DNA of 64,000 nt, taken from NCBI RefSeq assembly GCF_006345805.1, contig NC_043002.1, positions 114,576,001 through 114,640,000 on the forward strand. Reading direction: 5' to 3'. The stretch is from Octopus sinensis (lineage: Eukaryota). The notes beneath the pieces were generated by a model. The model worked only from the letters and a program-made list of their open reading frames with translations. It made no database searches and had not been told where the DNA came from. The stretch's first letter is position 1. Every line of letters begins with the position of its first letter. This document shows positions 50,837 through 64,000 of the stretch, piece after piece. A program made the translations under genes and the position numbers.

Positions 50837-51395
50837 CATATGTATGTATGTATGTATATATAGTCGCGTCACCATTCGTCTAATCTCTCCAAATACACAT
50901 CATCCCTTCTCCCTCTTGCTTCCATCCCGTCTTTCACGCAATGTAGAATCTACATTGAGTGAAAGACGTGATGGACGCTTCATTTTTGTGCTGGTGCCCC
51001 ACTATGTCGTACGCGACTGTGAGGATTTGCATCCCCAACGTGGAATTTATGATGTAATACATGTCCTTGAAGTAGTAATTGTGCGCGGCTGAAGAAGGCC
51101 ATAGACACACGTTATGCATTGTTATAAATCCGTCTAATAAAGGCCCGAAACATATGTACCGCTGAATCCTTGGCATCATGTTTATAATTTGATTAATATA
51201 CACTACCACCTACACACCAAATGGTATATACAGGGCTTACAATTATCAAGTATTCACCCTGAATTTATATATATATATATATATATATTATATTATATAT
51301 ATATATATAGTATATATATGATATATATATATAGATTATATGTATATATATCAATGTACATAGATATGTATGTATCTATGTAATGTATATACTTT

Positions 51396-51432
<37 letters not shown>

Positions 51433-51469
51433 GTATATATATGTACATATATATGCATATATGTGTGTG

Positions 51470-51660
51470 TGTGTGTATTTGTGCGTCTGTGTCTGTGTTT
51501 GTACCCCCACCATCACTTGACTACCGATGTTGCTGTGTTTACGTCCGCATAACTTAGTGGTTTGCAAAACACAGCGAAAGAATAAGTACTATGCTTAGAA
51601 AGAATAAATCCTGTTGTCAATTTCTTCCACTAAAGGTGGTGCTCCAGCATGGTCGCATTC
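51470..51660 (+). mobile_element. 3' half of a diverged SINE A running into the gap
   Basis: CTTGACTACCGATG and GGTGCTCCAGCATGG. Confidence 0.75.
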
Positions 51661-51760
51661 NNNNNNNNNNNNNNNNNNNNNNNNNNNNNNNNNNNNNNNN
51701 NNNNNNNNNNNNNNNNNNNNNNNNNNNNNNNNNNNNNNNNNNNNNNNNNNNNNNNNNNNN
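51661..51760. other. Assembly gap of 100 N
   Basis: Seen directly; contiguity across it is not guaranteed. Confidence 1.
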
Positions 51761-52135
51761 TGAGTAGTGAGAGATAAAGAGAGAAAATAAATGATATAGC
51801 AACTCAGTTGTCTCCAGAGAGATGCGACGATAGAACTGAACAATTTTCAAATATTTTATTAAAACCATCCTTTTAAATATTATTATTAAATCCATCCTTT
51901 CAAATATAACTGCATTTTAATTTGTTTGGAGTAGTTATGCGCCAATACAGTCAATTCTCGTACATATATGACAACGCGAACAGGCAAATAAATACACATT
52001 TATGCACGTATAAACAGACATTAATATTCTTACATTAATATGCCTAGTCACACACAATCACTACGCGCACGCACACACTACAACTCCCCTTGTGTCGTGC
52101 ACAGACATACACAGATGTATATGTCCTATGAATAT

Positions 52136-52167
<32 letters not shown>

Positions 52168-52186
52168 CGGTGTGTGTATGTGCGTG

Positions 52187-52227
<41 letters not shown>

Positions 52228-52504
52228 TATATATATATACATAATATATACATGTGTGTGTGTGTTGAGAAAAAGGAGGCAGTCAGAATTTTGGATAACC
52301 CTTTATTAACTATTTCGTTCGTTTTCGAATTCGTCAAGAAAATCAAAATGGTAAAAACAGAACGTTTCGTCGTTCATTTATATGAATCGGATACTGTTTT
52401 GTTTTGTTTAGAACAGGAGAATATTGTTTTTATTATTTTGGAAAGAGAGAGAGGGAGAGAGAGGGAGAAAGAAAATCAAAGGGGGAGGAATAGAAAGAAA
52501 GTCA

Positions 52505-52925
52505 AAGGGGGAGGAATCACTTCCACCTTGAGCTTCTACAGCACGTGACCATCCAGCGGCCTTGATTCCCTCGCTCCCCATTGCACGAAGTCTAGCCCTG
52601 ACGATACACCCCATGTGTTGGCTTCGAGGTGCTGCTTTAACTTCAGTCTCTTCACCTTCACCTGGGATGCGTCGCCAGTTCTTATGGCTTCCTCTACAGC
52701 CTTAACTAATTCAGTTTCCTTCTTACGCCCTCTATCCACTAAACCTATACTATATCTAAGAGACTCGAATTTAATGGCTCCTTTGACGGTGTACCACCAT
52801 TTGTTGTTAATAATGGAACCGGCCAACGCCCTCTGTATTAATAACTTAATCCGGCTCCTGTACTTCTCAATTGCCAAAAGGGACTTATTGAGTTTCCAGT
52901 AGCCGGAATCCTTACCACATAGCAC
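52505..52925 (-). mobile_element. L1/Tx1-like LINE ORF2 fragment (endonuclease-RT linker)
   Basis: GYWKLNKSLL...KWWYTVKGAIKFESLRYS, then by frameshift GCIVRARLRAMGSEG. Confidence 0.82.
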
Positions 52926-53175
52926 TTTCAGGGATGTTTGGTCTCGTGATTGGCACGAACTGATTATATTTGGGGATCGATCTGGTACCGTACAAGAATT
53001 TTTTCTAATTTTTTACTTAATCTTTCAGAGCAGTCGGTTTCATTTTTAGTATTCTCGTTTGTGAGAGCAATCGAGTTTATTTCAGATATTTTCATTTTGA
53101 AAATTATCTCCGGCTAAGCGTTGAGAACAATTTTTGGTATTGCCTTGGCGGGGGTTCGCTCTCTTAGTGGTCCTG

Positions 53176-53455
53176 TTCTTTTATTCTTTTACTTGTTTCA
53201 GTCATTTGACTGTTTGCCATGCTGGCGCACCGCCTTGAAGGGCTTTTTAGTCGAAAAAATGGACCCTAGGACTTCTTTTTTAAGTCTAGTAGTTATTCTA
53301 TCACTTTTGTTTGCCGAACCGCTAGCTTACGGGAATCTAAATACATCAATACCGGTTGACAAATGATGATGGGGGGGGGGACAAACACATAGATATGTAT
53401 ACATATATGCATACATGCATACGTACGTACACACACACACGCACACACACACACA

Positions 53456-53501
<46 letters not shown>

Positions 53502-53554
53502 GATAGATAGATAGAGAGAGAGAGAGAGATAGAGAGATGTATACATACATACAA

Positions 53555-53594
<40 letters not shown>

Positions 53595-53986
53595 GATGAC
53601 CTTTTTTCAGTGTCCGTCTTTCCGTCTACCAAATCCACTCACAAGGCTTTGGTCGGCCTGAGGGTGGGGGTTTAGCAGAAAACACTTGTCCAAGGTGTCT
53701 CGCAGTGAGACTAAACCCGGAACCATGTGGCTGGGAAGCAAGCTTCTTACCACGCAGCCACTCCTGTGCTCATATTCTGACTTACACTCGTTTCAGTCAT
53801 TCGACTGCCGCCATGCTGGAGCACCGCCTTTAATCGGGCAACTCGACCCCGGGACTTATTCTTTTTTGTAAGCCCAGTACTTATTCTATCGGTCTCTTTT
53901 GCCGAACCGCTAAGTAACGGGGACATAAACACACCAGCATTGGTTGTTAAGCAATGCTAGGGGGACAAACACAGACATACAAACAA

Positions 53987-54017
<31 letters not shown>

Positions 54018-54180
54018 CATATATACGACAGGCTTCTTTCAGTTTCCGTCTACCAAATCCACTCACAAGGCATTGGTCGGCCCGGGGCTATAGCAGAAGA
54101 CACTTGCCCAAGATGCCACGCAGTGGGACTGAACCCGGAACCATGTGGATGGTTAGCAAGCTACTTACCACACAGCCACT
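53176..54180 (-). mobile_element. Two tandem SINE A copies: older 53176-53770, younger 53786-54180
   Basis: Both are reverse complements of the family A structure. Confidence 0.88.
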
Positions 54181-54317
54181 CAGTACTTATTTTTAAACTT
54201 TGTATTTATTCAATCGTTCTCCTATCGCCGGTTATCAAGCGGTGGTGGAGGTGGAAAATAACACACACACACACACAGACAGACAGTCAGACAGACAGAC
54301 AGACAGTCAGACAGACA

Positions 54318-54356
<39 letters not shown>

Positions 54357-54982
54357 CACACACATATATATATATATATAACGACGAACTTTAAATTTCC
54401 AGTCACAGACTGTTGGTTGGCTTGGGTCGATAGTGGAAGACACTTCTTCAAGTGGTGGTACTGTGGAATTGGGTCGAAGACCATATGGTTGGGAGACAAG
54501 CTTCTTATCATATTCTTCAATGCTTCGAATGCTCATTTCGTTCCTTTTTAAAAGTAAACTCACACATACACCAATTTCTATGGTTTTCGTTATATAACAC
54601 CAATGGACATGAAATATTTGCCTACTTTACTAAACGTTTCCTCTCTTTTTCGCCAACTCCAAATGATAATTGATCTACATTATACTTATTAGTTTCATAA
54701 AAAGATAATTCAATAATATATATATTGAATCAATCATTGATTGTTTCTACAGATTATTGAGATAACTTTTCTGACCAAACCTAAATTCTCAATTACTTAA
54801 CCTACGACTCACATACTCTTCAAAATTTCTTATTGTATTGATAGAGGCATCTTCCATTGGCGGTTTCATTATCTTCTTCACCGTGTGTCTACATCAGATT
54901 TCTTTTATGAGGTACTTGTGATTAACGAATTTTCTTTGTAGCCTTCAAAAGAATTAGATGAACAAAATGATACGTAATAGCG

Positions 54983-55192
54983 GTTTCAAATTTTGGCACA
55001 CGGTCGGCGATTTCGAGAAGTGAGTAAGTCGATTACATCGACCCCAGTTTTAAGCTGATACTATTTTACCGACCTTGAAAGAATTAAATACACTGTCAAC
55101 CTCGGTGGAATTTGAACGCAGAACGCAAATACAGACGAAATGCTGCCAAGCATTTTCCCCAGCATGCAAACGATTCAGCCAGTTCGCCGGCT
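54983..55192 (-). mobile_element. Diverged SINE B
   Basis: TTTCAAATTTTGGCAC tail and GGAATTTGAAC B box. Confidence 0.75.
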
Positions 55193-55605
55193 TAAAAAGT
55201 GGAATATCAAAAAAAAAAAAAAAAATAGCATATCCATAAAATTATAGTCATGTCTACATTCTTTCTTGTTATGAATTATTATCTGTTTAGCCTGACATTC
55301 GCAGGCTTCACCAAATATTTTGTTGATTTCTTTAAACAAAGTCTCGTGATCTGGATAGATTCATCATTCCAATGAGGTAACTTTAACTCAGGAGAGGCAC
55401 AATAAGGTTGACACACTTTAGTGTATGAAAGTTCGCTTTCAGGCATCGCCTAGAAGGAGCAAGGGTTCTCCGGTGGCGAAAAAAAAAAGAACGATCAAAT
55501 ATTCATGTTTGAATTTGCAAGAACATACTTAGAATGAAGGCCTATTTATTCTTGAGATTACCGCTGTTCTGCGTGCACCCCTGGATTTCCACACACACAT
55601 GCACG

Positions 55606-55659
<54 letters not shown>

Positions 55660-56559
55660 CATATACACATTCATACAGATTTTTGAAATTTCTTCTAGTT
55701 TCACTGGAGAAACACATAAAGTAGGTAAAGATCTGAATGTGTTGAGCAGTGAGAAAAACGTCTTAAAAATTTAGAAGCAAATCTGCAGATAGGAAGTCAT
55801 GTGACATCCTTTCAGTTGATCTCCGTCATATGTTTAAATTCGTCTCAGTCTGTAGGCGGTGAAATTTTGTTCGCTTCATTCGACGTCATATTTAATTATT
55901 TCACATTTTTATGTAATTTCTCACCATTTCTTTTAGGTCATCGTTAATCTACATTCCATATGTCTATATCAACAATGGCATGCCACGAGGCAACTCCGTA
56001 CAACGAGCGTTTTGGTTTGTTGAAATATAAGAAAATCTTTTCCGGTCTGAGTTGTGGTAAAAATCGGCAGTATGGCACTTATTATTATTATTATCAAGTA
56101 TTGCAATTCTTGGTTATGTAAAAGTACGCCATATGGCAGCTGAAGTTATCACTAGTGTCACTGAGTGACAATAATGCGATTAAGGATATGTTTCAGTTAA
56201 CATCTTTGCTCTAATCTGTAAATCACACTCTCCCTTGAAGAATTATAGGTTACATTTTGTCGACATGACTTGCACTCAGAAAGGTGAGGACCAAAAGCCT
56301 ATGTTACTTTGTTCTTCTTCTCTCATTCCACGACATGGCAAACAGTAATAATGAGTATATTTTATTTTAATACCGTTATGACTGTACCGTACATCGAGCT
56401 GTTCTTCTTTGGTTTCGGTAGTATATACGTTTTTGTGCAAAAAATTACTCGTTCCTTGACTCTGGGGAAAAAGCGCTGTGACTGGTCCTCTACAGCGAAA
56501 TATAACCGTGAGTTGACCTTCTGATTGCGAAACGCAGCTGATTCGGTGACAGGAAGGAA

Positions 56560-56560
56560 G

Positions 56561-56633
<73 letters not shown>

Positions 56634-56692
56634 ACAGACAGAGAGATACATAGCAACATACATACATACATACATACATACATACATACATA
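56560..56692. repeat. (GATA)n then (CATA)n microsatellite
   Basis: Seen directly. Confidence 0.95.
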
Positions 56693-56734
56693 GAGAGAAG
56701 AGGAGGAAAACAGAGAGACACGACTCGACCAATT

Positions 56735-57247
56735 ATTTTACTAGTACTTTATTTATCGACCCCGAAAGGACAAACAGTAAAGTTGGTTTGAATTCAGAGC
56801 TCTGAGAGTAAATTCTCCGAGACCTTCCAGTCGAATCGCTTCTGCGTTGAGAAAAATGTTTAGTGGTATTTAGTCCGTAGTTACGTTCTGAGTTCAAATT
56901 CCGCCGAAGCCGACTTTACGTTTCATCATGTCGAGAATCGACAAAATAAGTACCAGTTGAATACTAGGGTCGATGTAATCGACATACCCTCTCCCCCAAA
57001 ATTGCTTGTGCAAATTTTCAAACTTATATTAATTGACATGCCAAGGTGGCGAACCAGCAGAAACGTTACTGCGCCGGACAAAATGATTTGCGGCATTCCT
57101 TCCGACTTTACGTTCTGAGTTCAAATGCTGCGGAGTCGACTTTGTCTTTCATCCTTTCGAGGTTGAAATAAGTACCAACTGAGCACTGGGTCGATGTAAT
57201 CGACTTAACTCCGTTCCCAAAATTGCTGGCCTTGTGCCAAAATTTAA
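56735..57247 (+). mobile_element. SINE B cluster: minus stub 56735-56795, plus copies about 56845-57020 and 57045-57247
   Basis: TTACGTTCTGAGTTCAAAT and GGGTCGATGTAATCGAC each seen twice. Confidence 0.8.
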
Positions 57248-60200
57248 AATTTATATCAGTTTACATGCTTTTATATTCTGAATTCAAATTATCTCCCTTA
57301 GATGACAGACCGTACAGCTCCGGATAAAATGCTTTACCATATTTAGTTGCATCGCTAAACGTCTATAGCGTAGTGCTCACTGTGATCAATCAAAGTTAAA
57401 CAGTTGTTTTTGTGGTTGTTACTGTTTGCTTTCAATGCTTAACCGATACCAGCTCTGTATGTGCGGGTTACGTAAATTGTTTGTTTTAATTGCTTTGAGA
57501 TAATTGTCTCTGATATGCAGTGACTGGTAATGATATTTTCTCCATAGTGTACAAGCTCTGGGGTCTTTTGTTATATGTTTCTCTGCATTTCTTTTTGGAA
57601 ATTACAAGGCGCCTATTGTATAATTTATTATAAGCTAATGTCCGTTATATGATAAGCCGAAAATAGTGTTTAATTAATTGAAATTATAAACAAACTAAGA
57701 AAAGCCATTAACGTTGATGAAAGTTATACTCAAAGAAGGCAAGAACTTCTGAAACGCTAATTGATTAAAAATAAAATGAAAATATGCGAAATGCGGGCAG
57801 TGAATTTCATGTTAAGTATCTATGGTGACAACTACGGATTTGTATCTGCCTTAGAAGATCCCCTCAACAAAGCTTGCAGCTGCGCATTGCTACCAAGATC
57901 TCAGGCTCATTTCTCCACCTCCATATCACCGATAAATTTTTGGTAAATAGAAATTCTGGAAAATTTCTACCTTGCCTCTTCTGAGAGTAATTTTCATTAT
58001 CGCAAATGAATTTACAGTTATAATTTCAATTACTTAAAAATTATTTTCAGATCGGCATATAAATATAATAGCACACAATTAACAAATTTTCACCTCATGC
58101 AAAAGGCTCCCTTAGGAAAATTTCTAATGTCACCTATTATGTATACTGGGTGAATTTTCAATCCTCACAATCTGGATTTCTGTTTTCTCCAGGCATATTT
58201 CTATAGTTGCTATATTTCTCCGTTATCTATGGGAATCAATAAATCGATCCGAAGATATTTTCCTGGTAGTAATTAACAATGATATCTCGAAGATTTGCTT
58301 TAATAATCTCTCTGTTTGAATTGTCGTGTCTAGGAATGTGGGCACCTATTTGGCGTTCACTAGGCTCTTTTTTTAATATATTTCGTAATATTTGTATAAT
58401 TTCCAGTGCATAAAACCTTAATCGCTGGAGTGTTTGTTTATACTTTATGTTATGAGCAGCCGGGAAACAGTGATTGGTTGCTTCTTTACAGCCACTGCAT
58501 ATTCTTCAGTTAGATTTTAAACTCGACTTCATAATATGTTTCAGTAGTTTATTCTCAACAAGTGTTAAAACACTTTTTTCATCCAGTTCTACTTTGCCAA
58601 GTTCGGCCGGGTATTAATAATGTTGGGGATCATTTTACTGGCATGTTAGTATGCATTATTTTGTCCCGTTCTATATTTAATTCCTTTTTGCGTGAGTGTT
58701 TGTATTTTATGTTATTACTTTTCCATCCTCACAGCTCGTTAATGTTCTGTTGCTATTTATATCAGTTTCCCTTTAGACACCTATCTCGTTGTGTTTGTGA
58801 TAAATATAATCTCTTTGTGTCGGCGTTCTAAATGCTGTGATTATTTTCCTTGTTTTCTTATCCAGACTTGCTAATTCACTTAACTTACTATTGAGAATAT
58901 ATACTAAATATATTACTAAAACTGCTAGAGTATTGGTGCCAGTTATCTAATTTCAAGCAATTTAAGAATAAATCTAATCCTTTTATGATACTAATTACTA
59001 GCCGTTTATTTAATTTGTCTGTTTTGTACTCAGTGGTTCTTCCACTCGTGAGTAGTTGTATGTACATCTTTAATCTAATTCTCTTATCTCTGTTACTTTA
59101 TCCAACAGGATATTAGTATTTGTTTTATTAGATTCTCTTTCTTCAGGGTAGTGTTACTGCATTTTTCTTCTAAGCGAATTACAAATTCTTCTGAATACGT
59201 ACACTACGTGCAACAGGTTTTCCAGCTGCCTGCCATCAACAGCAATTAATATCAGGTCAATTGTATATAGTAGATCAACGACTGTGATTTCATAGAAGTT
59301 ACATCTGCATCCAGTCTAGTTAATAATGTTGGACAAGGGTGTTAGGTGTTGGTGGAAGTGGAATCGAGAGAAAAAGTCGCCAGGAATATATTTAAAAAAA
59401 AATATTTGTCTTTTTATTGAGAATTGATTTCTGTTTACAAATCTATCTTTTGTTTAAAACTTAAATGATCTTCTGCTAACTTAATTCACGATCGATGCAC
59501 CGGCCGGTTACTTACTCATTATTCATGTTTTAAGATCAAAGAATGGCAAAAGCCTATCAAAGACATTCTTAGGTCCATCTTTCATCTATTTGTCTTCGTT
59601 TATGACTTCCTTACAGTTATTTGAACCATTCCGATATCTCTTACAGTTATGTTGGGATTATGTGTTTTTCTGCTTTCATAACCATCAGAGTGCGAGGCAC
59701 TCTTCACAGGCGCAAGTTCATGAGATGGTTGTCATCTGTAAACAGTTTTGAGTAGGAACTGGAAAGAGAAGTATGAACACGCAATGCGCATGTCAAAATA
59801 AAACAGAAGAAAAGAATAAAAACACAATGTCAAACAAGTTATATGATAGTTAGCGTGCCACGTCTGGCACCACTATCACGCACCTTTGCTGCAATTTTCT
59901 TGTTTTCTATTAAATATTCTCGTTTGCAATAAAGAGAATTTGAAAGTTTTGGATAACTTATTTGCGCGTCATCTTAATGCATGCACTACACGCCCGAACT
60001 TGCTCTGAAGCTCGCTAATCAACGATCAATGTTCTCTAACTCTGAGCAATTCTTGGCTTCCACTCTTTTATATTTCCGATATCTTAGAACCTTGACCATG
60101 GTCCATTTCGTCTTCATTCTTTTTCTTTTTTTAGGTATTTTTTAATAACTTTTCTTTTGTCTTGTCCTTATCTAAATATTTTTCATGAGTGTAGTTATTT

Positions 60201-60345
60201 GATTACATTTATAAAAAGAGAAATTTCTTTTTATAGTTTCCTGATTACATTAATCAGTTCTCCTTTGCTTGCCACTAAGTAGCTCCACAATTGTTACCTG
60301 GTTTTATTTTTTTTGTGTGTGTGTCTGTGTGTGTGTCATCTTTTC

Positions 60346-60548
60346 TAATCACCAAACTAGCAGAACAGTTTGAATGTGGGAAGGAATGAATTGCGATACT
60401 TTAGATTGTGTTCAAATTCCGTCCAACTCGACTTTACCTATCAGCGTTCCGGGATTAATAAAATGAAATACCAGTCACGTACTGGGATCGGCGGTACTGA
60501 CTAATTCTTTCCTCTCAAAGCTGCTGGCCTTGTACCTAAATTAGAAAC
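60346..60548 (+). mobile_element. Highly diverged SINE B
   Basis: GTTCAAATTCCG and GCTGGCCTTGTACCTAAATTAGAAA tail. Confidence 0.6.
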
Positions 60549-61496
60549 CATTATGCTGAAGCAAAAGCCATAACTGAAATTGTTAACCTATCTATATCTA
60601 GAAAGCTATTTCTTGTATTCAGCTCGACTTTTTTAAAATTTTATAACAAAATCGATGAAAATCGATTTTCTTGTATTCTTTTCTGTTTTCGGCATTATTG
60701 TTTCTGTTAAGTTCTTCTCAATGTTAGCTTTATTTACTTTGTTGTGATGTATGCTTTTGTTCTGTTTGTTGTTAGGTGTTTGGTCAAAGATACAGCTTTC
60801 TGCAGCTGTGTATTTTGGTACGGGTTTTTTTTATATATATACGAGGATTTGTATGGCTTTCACAATCTTTTGGATTTAAATTTTTTTTCTTTGTGCCTAT
60901 TTTTGATTTGCTCTAATGATTTCTTTGTTTCCTCTGAAGTGAGTTTTGTAGTATTTTGAATGCGTTTTAAGGTTTCCTTTATTGTATGAGTAGTCATATT
61001 TTCTGTGTTGATTTCTTTCACTTGTTGAGTCTAATGTATTTTATATGTGGTGGATTTTGTTTCGGTGCTTCCATTGGTTTGTAGTAGATCGGTTATTTCA
61101 AAATTTTGTCGGTTGTTTTGTTATATTTTCAATGTTTATCGTCATATAATTTGTTTTATTTAATTTTTGATATTTATTATTGTTTATTATAAATCTCTGT
61201 ATATTTGCAACTGCGTTTGTATTGATATTTTCGGTCACTTCGTATTTTCCTTCTCTATCTAGTTTGCCTCTTTTATACAGTAGTGCTGCAATAGGAATGT
61301 AATAATTCAAACTAGTGAGCGTTGTATTTTTAATTCGTTTTTATTTCCTCTGCTAAACAGTATGAAAGAAGCCTGTCAGTTCTAACTCAAACATTTAACA
61401 AAAGCTCTCCCACGAGCTGCTTGTAACGTTACTTCCCTATCGTAATCGCAATGTGTACCATGTCACTGCGAATAATGTTTTTGTTGCGGATTGTCG

Positions 61497-61665
61497 CAGA
61501 TCTGGTTGTGTGGCAAGATGTTTGCTTCACAGCCACGTAGTTCCAGGTTCAATCCCACTGCGTTGAACCTTGAGCGAGTATTTTCTCCTATAGCCCCTGT
61601 CCAACCAACGCTCGAGAGTAGATTTGGTAGACAAAAACTAAAAAAACTATAAAAAAAAGCGCGTC
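61497..61665 (+). mobile_element. Diverged SINE A 5' half
   Basis: TGGTTGTGTGG, GGTTCAATCCCACTGCG, GATTTGGTAGAC. Confidence 0.7.
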
Positions 61666-61860
61666 ACATATATATATTTCAAATACCGATGATATCAAGT
61701 GGTTAGCATGGGAATAAAAACCTCATGGCTAATAATTATTATTAAAATTATAATTAAGGGTATCTAAAAGATACCACCTTGCTAGATATATGAACATTTA
61801 ATGTGGTTTTAGGGTCAAGTTTTGGCTGCTATATCTAGCTTGGTGGTATCTCACACACAC

Positions 61861-61902
<42 letters not shown>

Positions 61903-62135
61903 ATCGAAAGAATTAGAGTCAACAAAAAAATCGTCTAACCGTTCCCCTTCTTGTCAACTCCAATTTTTTCAATTATCTATTCACACATGACAGATGCCCA
62001 AACGCAACCCTGGAAGTACCCATAATACTACTACTGGATAGCACAAGGTAAAACTGATATGGACGAGCTTTAGACTGTACTCTACCACGTTCTTAACAGA
62101 ATATACAATAACTATATATATATATAATATATATA

Positions 62136-62197
<62 letters not shown>

Positions 62198-62276
62198 GAT
62201 GCCTTTCGAAACACGTGTAGAATGAAATAAAACGATTTCTGTTCAATCTGCGTTCAGCTCCATTTCTTCAATTCAC

Positions 62277-62372
<96 letters not shown>

Positions 62373-62373
<1 letters not shown>

Positions 62374-62422
62374 CTCTTTTACTCTTTTACTTGTTTCAGC
62401 CATCCGGCTGAGGCCATGCTGG

Positions 62423-62425
<3 letters not shown>
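62373..62425 (-). mobile_element. Isolated SINE A-type or partner-LINE tail inside (TA)n
   Basis: Reverse complement GCCCCAGCATGGCCTCAGCCGGATGGCTGAAACAAGTAAAAGAGTAAAAGAG. Confidence 0.75.
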
Positions 62426-62476
<51 letters not shown>

Positions 62477-62884
62477 TATTATTCTTTCTAAATCTCTGAA
62501 AGAGAGACATTCAGTAACAGCTCTTTAAAATAAAGGCTATTTGTCAATACAATGTAGCTGTCCCGAAAGGAACGACGTTACTGTTGTTTTAGCCCCAAAG
62601 AACATCATTTCTAGCTGGATATACGACACTGCGTCCTCATATATTCAAGCAGTGAGCTCAGCATTCCCACCAAGCGCAAAACAATATCCATGGACTAGTT
62701 TCTGGGTTACTGCTCTTTATCAACACAGAGTAACTGCTTTGGCCAGATGAATTTTTTTATTACGATAATAAATATCACATAAAGAGTGGACAGTACAGGA
62801 CAATGCACACATATATTGTTATAATGAGCTCGAGTATAACTTATGGCTTAAAATTATTGATGATATATATATATAATATACGTT

Positions 62885-63556
62885 ACCTTTTGTTTTGCGG
62901 GGTTATACCCGGTTGCCTGAAAGGCCCAGCGGCTATCCCTTTCCTTTTTTTAATGACGGTTAAGTAGGGTTACTTACACCCACCTTTCTTATCACAGCCT
63001 TCTATCTTTTCTCAAACACGTTTCGTGACTGAATCCTCCTCTCCAGCCCTATCTTGCTCTTCAGATGGTATCTGAAGTATAGTAGCAGACCAGGGCCGAA
63101 GATGAAGGATCCCGTCACGAGCCCTTGCATTCTAGTCCTCCATACACACTCTTTCGTCACTGCAACTGTACAGAGAAAACATGTCTCACCTTCCTTTGTG
63201 AGTCCGGTTGGCGTTACTATCTTTATCATAGATTCAGCCGATAGCTATACTCTACCCAGATGCGACAACGTAAATTATCAAGCCTGACAGCTTCCAACAA
63301 TGTACAAGAGCGTGCTTCACGGTTTCCTCGTCCAGCCCAGTTCTTGGACATGTCGATGGCACTGACATTCAGTGCTTGGATAACTTCTCGCGAATAGGTA
63401 AAGCGTTACGATAACATTGCCAGGTCAGGGATTTTTGGTAATTATCCAAATACCCTGGCCTGAAAGTTTTTTGAAACAAGTTGGTAAGTTGGTTTTCATC
63501 GAACCCTAGCGGCCTTCCTAGGACGCCATCGTTTTTACTCTCTACCAACACTTTAT
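62885..63556 (-). mobile_element. L1/Tx1-like LINE ORF2 C-terminus (zf-RVT region) and 3' UTR; probably continues at 63941-64000
   Basis: YQKSLTWQCYRNALPIREKL..TCPRTGLDEETVKHALVHC, AVTKECVWRTR; stops and frameshifts. Confidence 0.82.
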
Positions 63557-63938
63557 GGAAGCACTCCGTCGGTTACGACGATGAGGGTTCCGGTTGATCC
63601 GAATCAACGGAACAGCCTGCTCGTAAAATGAACGTGTAAGTGGCTGAGCACTCCACAGACACGTGTACCCTTAACGTAGTTCTCGGGGATATTCAGCGTG
63701 ACACAGAGAGTGACAAGGCCGGCCCTTTAAAATATAGGTACAACAGAAACAGGAAGTAAGAGTGAGAGAAAGTTGTGGTGAAAGAGTACAGCAGGGATCA
63801 CCACCACCCCCTGCCGGAGCCTCGTGGAGCTTTAGGTGTTTTCGCTCAATAAATACTCACAACGCCCGGTCTGGGAATCGAAACCGCGATCCTATGACCG
63901 CGAGTCCGCTGCCCTAATCACTGGGCCATTGCGCCTCC
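63557..63938 (-). mobile_element. tRNA-derived SINE family C, full length, inserted in the Tx1-like LINE
   Basis: Reverse complement GGAGGCGCAATGGCCCAGTG..GGTTTCGATTCCCAGACC; matches the split copy at 1484-2213. Confidence 0.9.
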
Positions 63939-64000
63939 ACAAATCAACTCTTTATACCAAACCGAGGAGGTATTTCCACTGCCGGCCTTGCCCGTCTTGT

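Noticed and set aside
56276-56545. Open frames in unique sequence (also 2310-2593, 20220-20385, 42452-42640) as host exons
   Set aside because: No recognisable domain, no consistent strand or splice phase, and lengths are within chance expectation.
63866-63938. SINE heads (also 40480-40552) as real tRNA genes
   Set aside because: Stems are imperfect, and they continue directly into repeat bodies without a Pol III terminator.

Overview
AT-rich, microsatellite-dense eukaryotic DNA. The repeat families point to an octopus (coleoid cephalopod) genome; this is an inference from recognised repeats, not a database match. I can support no intact host gene, and nearly all ORF-track entries are translations of microsatellites or SINEs. 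The window is a nested collection of old mobile elements. It holds four tRNA-headed SINE families (about 35 copies or fragments) and degenerate LINEs (R4/Dong-like with restriction-like endonuclease, CR1, RTE, L1/Tx1). It also holds several Penelope-like element (PLE) remnants, non-autonomous Helitrons, mariner derivatives and long foldbacks, one with a core of telomere-like repeats. There is an ~870-bp tandem duplication and a 100-N gap. The best candidate for an undescribed system is at 40262-40907: a PLE GIY-YIG 3' end followed by a 73-nt tRNA-like Pol III promoter, a trinucleotide spacer and a minimal type I hammerhead ribozyme. Further hammerhead-like cores sit in other PLE-derived repeats, including an inverted pair and a possibly permuted core. 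A LINE 3' end at 36 kb shares a covarying tail hairpin with the dominant SINE and is its likely mobilising partner. Coordinates were read by eye, so boundaries are approximate.
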